Sequence record: SRR22947727_1620
Length of the DNA: 61,870 nt
Reading direction: 5' to 3' (one strand)
Part shown: positions 57,863 through 61,870 of the stretch, piece by piece
Position numbering within the stretch: the stretch's first letter is position 1
How the letters are laid out: every line of letters begins with the position of its first letter
Position numbers and translations under genes: made by a program
The notes under the pieces: model-generated
What the model saw: the letters and a program-made list of their open reading frames with translations, nothing else
The model's database searches: none
What the model was told of the DNA's origin: nothing

Positions 57863-58690
57863 ATGTCTAAAAAACCGTCTATTTCTGTTTTATTGAGTAC
57901 TTATAATGCGGAAGCATGGTTAGAAAAAGTGCTTTATGGATTCCAATACCAAGATTTTAAAGATTTTGAATTGGTCATTGCAGACGACGGTTCTAGAAAA
58001 GAAACAAAAGACCTAATAGATCTAATGACTTCTGTGGTTTCTTACCCTATTGTGCATGTATGGCAAGAAGACCAAGGTTTTCAGAAATCTAGAATTTTAA
58101 ATAAAGCGATAGTCGCTTCTCAGGGGGATTATGTAGTTATGACAGATGGGGATTGTATTCCTCGCAAAGACTTTCTATCTGTTCACGCTGCCCATATGGA
58201 ACCCGGTTATTTTTTATCTGGCGGCTATTTCATGCTGCCCATGGATATTTCAAAGGCCATTACGAAACAAGACATACAACAAGGGAATTGTTTTGACCTT
58301 CTTTGGTTAAAAAGTCTTGGTTTAAAAAACTCCTTCAAGAATAATAAACTCTCTGCAAAAGGCTTCCTAGCTTATTTCTTAAATAAGGCCACACCTACTA
58401 ATGCCAGTTGGAATGGTCACAATGCCTCTGGTTTTAAAGTAGATATTTTAAAAGTAAATGGCTTTGACGAACGCATGCAGTACGGCGGCCAAGACCGTGA
58501 ATTGGGGGAGCGATTATTTAATGCTGGTATAAAATCTAAACAATTGAGATACAGTGCTGTAGTAGTTCATCTAGACCACAAAAGGGGTTATAAAAACCAA
58601 GAATCAATAGATAAGAATAGGGCAATTAGAGACCGTGTTAAAACAGAAAAACTTTGTTTTACCCCTTTTGGGATTGTTCAAAAGGCATAG
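57863..58690 (+). CDS. Glycosyltransferase family 2
   Basis: STYN, IADDGS, TDGDC, NGFDE..YGGQD. Confidence 0.9.
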   Translation: MSKKPSISVLLSTYNAEAWLEKVLYGFQYQDFKDFELVIADDGSRKETKDLIDLMTSVVSYPIVHVWQEDQGFQKSRILNKAIVASQGDYVVMTDGDCIPRKDFLSVHAAHMEPGYFLSGGYFMLPMDISKAITKQDIQQGNCFDLLWLKSLGLKNSFKNNKLSAKGFLAYFLNKATPTNASWNGHNASGFKVDILKVNGFDERMQYGGQDRELGERLFNAGIKSKQLRYSAVVVHLDHKRGYKNQESIDKNRAIRDRVKTEKLCFTPFGIVQKA

Positions 58691-59078
58691 CGTTTACCCA
58701 TTTGTCTTGATGTGTTCTTAAAAAGTCTGTTAAAAGGGGTTGGTCTCTAGGGTCAATAATATGTGTATCTATACGGAGTTCTTTTTTTTGACTTCTAATG
58801 ATATACTCCCCAGCAAAATATTTAATTTCATTGATATCTTTAGAATCTATGCTTTTTCCAAACCACCAATTTTGTTTTAAGACGCCCTTCTGAATAGTTA
58901 AAAAAGGCACTTTTTTATGATAAAAGTAAGGGGCTATATAAAGTAATGCTAGGGTTATATTAAAGTACCTAATTTCATTGGAAGCTATTAATTCAATCCC
59001 GGCCAATAAAATAAACAAACCATCTGCTATTATATAATAACGCTGGTTTTTTATGTTGTACCTCAATTTAATATCCAT
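58659..59078 (-). CDS. Hypothetical membrane protein
   Basis: Two N-terminal hydrophobic helices plus a small soluble domain; short tail-to-tail overlap with the GT2 gene. Confidence 0.65.
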   Translation of the reverse strand: MDIKLRYNIKNQRYYIIADGLFILLAGIELIASNEIRYFNITLALLYIAPYFYHKKVPFLTIQKGVLKQNWWFGKSIDSKDINEIKYFAGEYIIRSQKKELRIDTHIIDPRDQPLLTDFLRTHQDKWVNAMPFEQSQKG

Positions 59079-59212
59079 AGTTTTCTAATATAAAACGCTC
59101 CGCAAAAGTGGCTTTGAACCCACTACTTGTGAAGCGTTATAAAAATAGTAAAAATTATAGAAAAGGATATGCCAGTTCTATAAACGGTCACATTTTCTAT
59201 TTTAAATGCATA

Positions 59213-60028
59213 TTAAACGGCTACATCATAAGTCCTTAGTGCGTCGTTTAAAGAAGTTTTCTTGTCTGTACTCTCTTTTCTAGTACCAATAATTAGTGCA
59301 CAAGGTACTTGAAAAGCGCCTGCAGCGAATTCCTTAGTGTAACTTCCCGGAATGACAACAGATCTGGCCGGAACCAATCCTTTTCTCTCCACAGGAGTGT
59401 CTCCAGTAACATCAATTATTTTTGTAGAGGCAGTGAGTACTACATTGGCACCCAATACCGCTTCTTTTTCTATGCGAACACCTTCTACGACAATGCATCT
59501 AGATCCTATAAATACATTGTCTTCAATAATGACTGGTGCGGCTTGAAGGGGTTCTAAGACGCCTCCAATTCCAACACCACCACTCAAGTGAACATTTTTT
59601 CCTATTTGGGCACAACTTCCCACAGTAGCCCAAGTGTCTACCATAGTGCCACTGTCTACATAGGCACCAATGTTTACATAGGAAGGCATGAGTATGGTTC
59701 CTGGAGCTATGTAGGCTCCATGTCTAGCCACGGCATTAGGCACTACCCTAATTCCTTTTTCTTTGTATCCGCGCTTGAGCGGCATCTTGTCGTGATATTC
59801 AAAAATACCCGCTTCTAATGTTTCCATTTTTTGGATGGGAAAATACAATACAACGGCTTTTTTTACCCACTCATTAATAATCCACCCCTCTTCTGAAGGA
59901 GCAGCACATCTCAACTCTCCAGCGTCTATTTGATTAATTACGGCTCTAATAGCATCCTGGGTTTCTGCTTGTTCTAATAAACTCCTGTCTTCCCAAGCAG
60001 CTTCAATAATAGGTCTATAATCTGTCAT
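59213..60028 (-). CDS. dapD: Tetrahydrodipicolinate N-succinyltransferase
   Basis: NEWVKKAV, MPSYVNIGAYVD.GTMVDTWATVGSCAQIG, GGVLEP; start at MTDYRP. Confidence 0.95.
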   Translation of the reverse strand: MTDYRPIIEAAWEDRSLLEQAETQDAIRAVINQIDAGELRCAAPSEEGWIINEWVKKAVVLYFPIQKMETLEAGIFEYHDKMPLKRGYKEKGIRVVPNAVARHGAYIAPGTILMPSYVNIGAYVDSGTMVDTWATVGSCAQIGKNVHLSGGVGIGGVLEPLQAAPVIIEDNVFIGSRCIVVEGVRIEKEAVLGANVVLTASTKIIDVTGDTPVERKGLVPARSVVIPGSYTKEFAAGAFQVPCALIIGTRKESTDKKTSLNDALRTYDVAV

Positions 60029-60200
60029 GATTTTTTTATTTGAAATGCAAATATAAGCTTCCATTTTCAGAAGGGTCTTTTTTTTGATAGGTATCACATT
60101 TTTGTTTTTATTTGGGTAAAATTCACTTACTTTTCTTGTTAAAAAAGGGCTTAATAAGGGGCATTACAATAATTAGGGTTATTTTTGCCAAAAAAACACC

Positions 60201-60614
60201 TTGAAGCGAATAATAGCCTTAGACTTTGGAACCAAAAGAACTGGAGTAGCCGTAACAGACCCCATGCAAATTATTGCTTCTGGTTTAGATACAGTACTTA
60301 CCCCAGACCTCATTTCTTTTTTGAAATCTTATATGGTTTCAGAACCTGTGAGTACCATTGTATTGGGTGAACCCAAACAAATGGACAATACCCCTTCTGA
60401 ATCTGAAGCGGCTATTGGGGCATTTATTTTGACCTTAGAAGCTGAATTTCCTGACATAGAAATTGCACGACAAGATGAGCGTTTTACCTCAAAAATGGCT
60501 GTTCAAGCTATGATTGTAGGTGGCATGAAAAAAAAGAAAAGACAAGAAAAGGGTCGTGTAGACCAAATTAGTGCCACCTTAATTTTACAAGCATATTTAA
60601 ATAGAATATCATGA
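60201..60614 (+). CDS. ruvX: YqgF/RuvX family nuclease
   Basis: ALDFGTKRTGVAVTD, DERFTS, VDQISATLILQ. Confidence 0.93.
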   Translation: MKRIIALDFGTKRTGVAVTDPMQIIASGLDTVLTPDLISFLKSYMVSEPVSTIVLGEPKQMDNTPSESEAAIGAFILTLEAEFPDIEIARQDERFTSKMAVQAMIVGGMKKKKRQEKGRVDQISATLILQAYLNRIS

Positions 60615-61201
60615 TTTTACCTATTGTAGCCTACGGAGATCCCGTACTAAAAAAAGTAGCCAATGCCATTGCTGCAGACCATCCAAATCTTGAATCACTC
60701 ATTGAAAATATGTGGGAAACCATGTACCATGCTCATGGTGTTGGTTTGGCGGCTCCTCAAATAGGATTACCTATCAGGTTATTTGTGATAGATGCCACCC
60801 CATTTGCAGACGACGAAGATTTGACTCAATCGGAACAGGACGCTTTAAAGAATTTTAAAGCGGTATTTATAAATGCAACAATTACTGAAGAAACAGGGGA
60901 GGAGTGGACTTTTAATGAAGGTTGTCTCAGTATTCCGGATGTACGTGAAGACGTAATCAGAAAACCTAAAATCACAATCACCTATCAAGATGAAACTTTT
61001 AAGACACACACCAAAACTTTTGACGGTCTGGTTGCTAGGGTGATTCAACACGAATATGATCATATTGAAGGTATCTTGTTTACCGACAAAATAAGTTCCC
61101 TTAAAAAGCGAATTTTAAAGGGCCGCCTGTCTAATATTTCTAAAGGAAAAATCAGTGCAGAGTACCGCATGCGTTTTCCAGAAATGAAAAAAGGACGTTA
61201 A
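60611..61201 (+). CDS. def: Peptide deformylase
   Basis: GVGLAAPQIG, EGCLSIP, QHEYDH. Confidence 0.97.
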   Translation: MILPIVAYGDPVLKKVANAIAADHPNLESLIENMWETMYHAHGVGLAAPQIGLPIRLFVIDATPFADDEDLTQSEQDALKNFKAVFINATITEETGEEWTFNEGCLSIPDVREDVIRKPKITITYQDETFKTHTKTFDGLVARVIQHEYDHIEGILFTDKISSLKKRILKGRLSNISKGKISAEYRMRFPEMKKGR

Positions 61202-61255
61202 ACCATTTTATATATCCTTTAAAAGTTTCATATTTGCCCAAATTTTAAGAAGATC

Positions 61256-61807
61256 ATGAGTTTAGATAAAATTTTATCGATTGCCACCAAACCAGGTTTG
61301 TACCAGATGGTTACCCAGACAAGGGCTGGATTCGTTGCTGTTTCTTTGTTAGACGGTAAGAAAATGACGGTTAATTTAAAAAGTAACGTCAGCGTTCTTT
61401 CTGAAATTGCCATTTATACCCTACAAGAAGAAATGCCTCTTTTGGAGGTGTTTAAAAAAATTTCAATCAAAGAAGGGGCCAATAAAACAAGTATTTCTCA
61501 CAAAGCAGATAAATTAGCGTTAGAAGCTTACTTTTTTGAAGTGCTTCCAAATTACGATGAAGACCGCGTTTATGCCTCTGACATTAAAAAAGTCATTCAG
61601 TGGTACAATATTCTTCAGGCCAACGATCTATTGGATTTTTCTGAACCTACCGAGGCAGCCGAGAAATCTCCCAAGCCCGTTGCAAAAGCTTTGACTTCTA
61701 CTGCGGCACCTAAGTCAGTTAAACCATCTGCAAAAAATTCCAGCTCAAAAGCTTCTTCTGCTGCTAAAGGAGGTGGAAAAACATCTAAAGCAGCTGTTAA
61801 AAAGTAA
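61256..61807 (+). CDS. DUF5606 family protein with a K/A/S-rich low-complexity tail
   Basis: ILSIATKPGLY, LSEIAIYT, PNYDEDRVYASDIKK..WYNIL. Confidence 0.8.
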   Translation: MSLDKILSIATKPGLYQMVTQTRAGFVAVSLLDGKKMTVNLKSNVSVLSEIAIYTLQEEMPLLEVFKKISIKEGANKTSISHKADKLALEAYFFEVLPNYDEDRVYASDIKKVIQWYNILQANDLLDFSEPTEAAEKSPKPVAKALTSTAAPKSVKPSAKNSSSKASSAAKGGGKTSKAAVKK

Positions 61808-61839
61808 TAGAATAAAGGCTTTAGTCCTTTCATAATATT

Positions 61840-61866
61840 AAAAAGCCCGCTTATAGCGGGCTTTTT
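61840..61866. terminator. Intrinsic terminator
   Basis: AAAAAGCCCGCT-TAT-AGCGGGCTTTTT. Confidence 0.85.
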
Positions 61867-61870
61867 AATG

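Overview
An AT-rich, gene-dense core-genome segment of a Bacteroidota bacterium, most consistent with a marine Flavobacteriaceae member. Support for that placement: TAnnTTTG-type promoters, A-rich leaders without Shine-Dalgarno sequences, the long NusB, DUF1573-yajC and the PUR-family gene. The window holds about 57 protein genes and a partial tRNA-Arg(ACG) at the left edge, with no transposase, integrase, CRISPR-cas or prophage. Gene content covers nitrogen assimilation (divergent GSII/GSIII; glnB-amtB-porin), purM-prfA-pyrF, ilvE, grpE-dnaJ, an HTH-less NtrX-like regulator, peptidases, nusB-yajC-pyrD, a TonB receptor with Fur-like boxes, guaB, lysA, sucC, uvrB, ctaA-cca-tsaC, dapD and ruvX-def. 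The strongest unexplained signals are: (1) a GC-cored 25-bp palindrome (ATACCCCCTAA-N3-TTAGGGGGTAT and variants) placed 11-13 bp upstream of the -7 element of all three nitrogen-assimilation promoters, a candidate nitrogen-regulon operator; (2) a stand-alone ~85-nt sRNA gene after dnaJ whose unpaired segment is antisense to start-codon regions, including a 10-nt match to the guaB start, with a similar element at 9131-9229; (3) a hypothetical protein with HipA/PI3K-like kinase motifs; (4) a 3x19-bp repeat and palindrome cluster; (5) a 48-aa ORF missed by the ORF track. Family names come from motif recognition and recall, not database searches.
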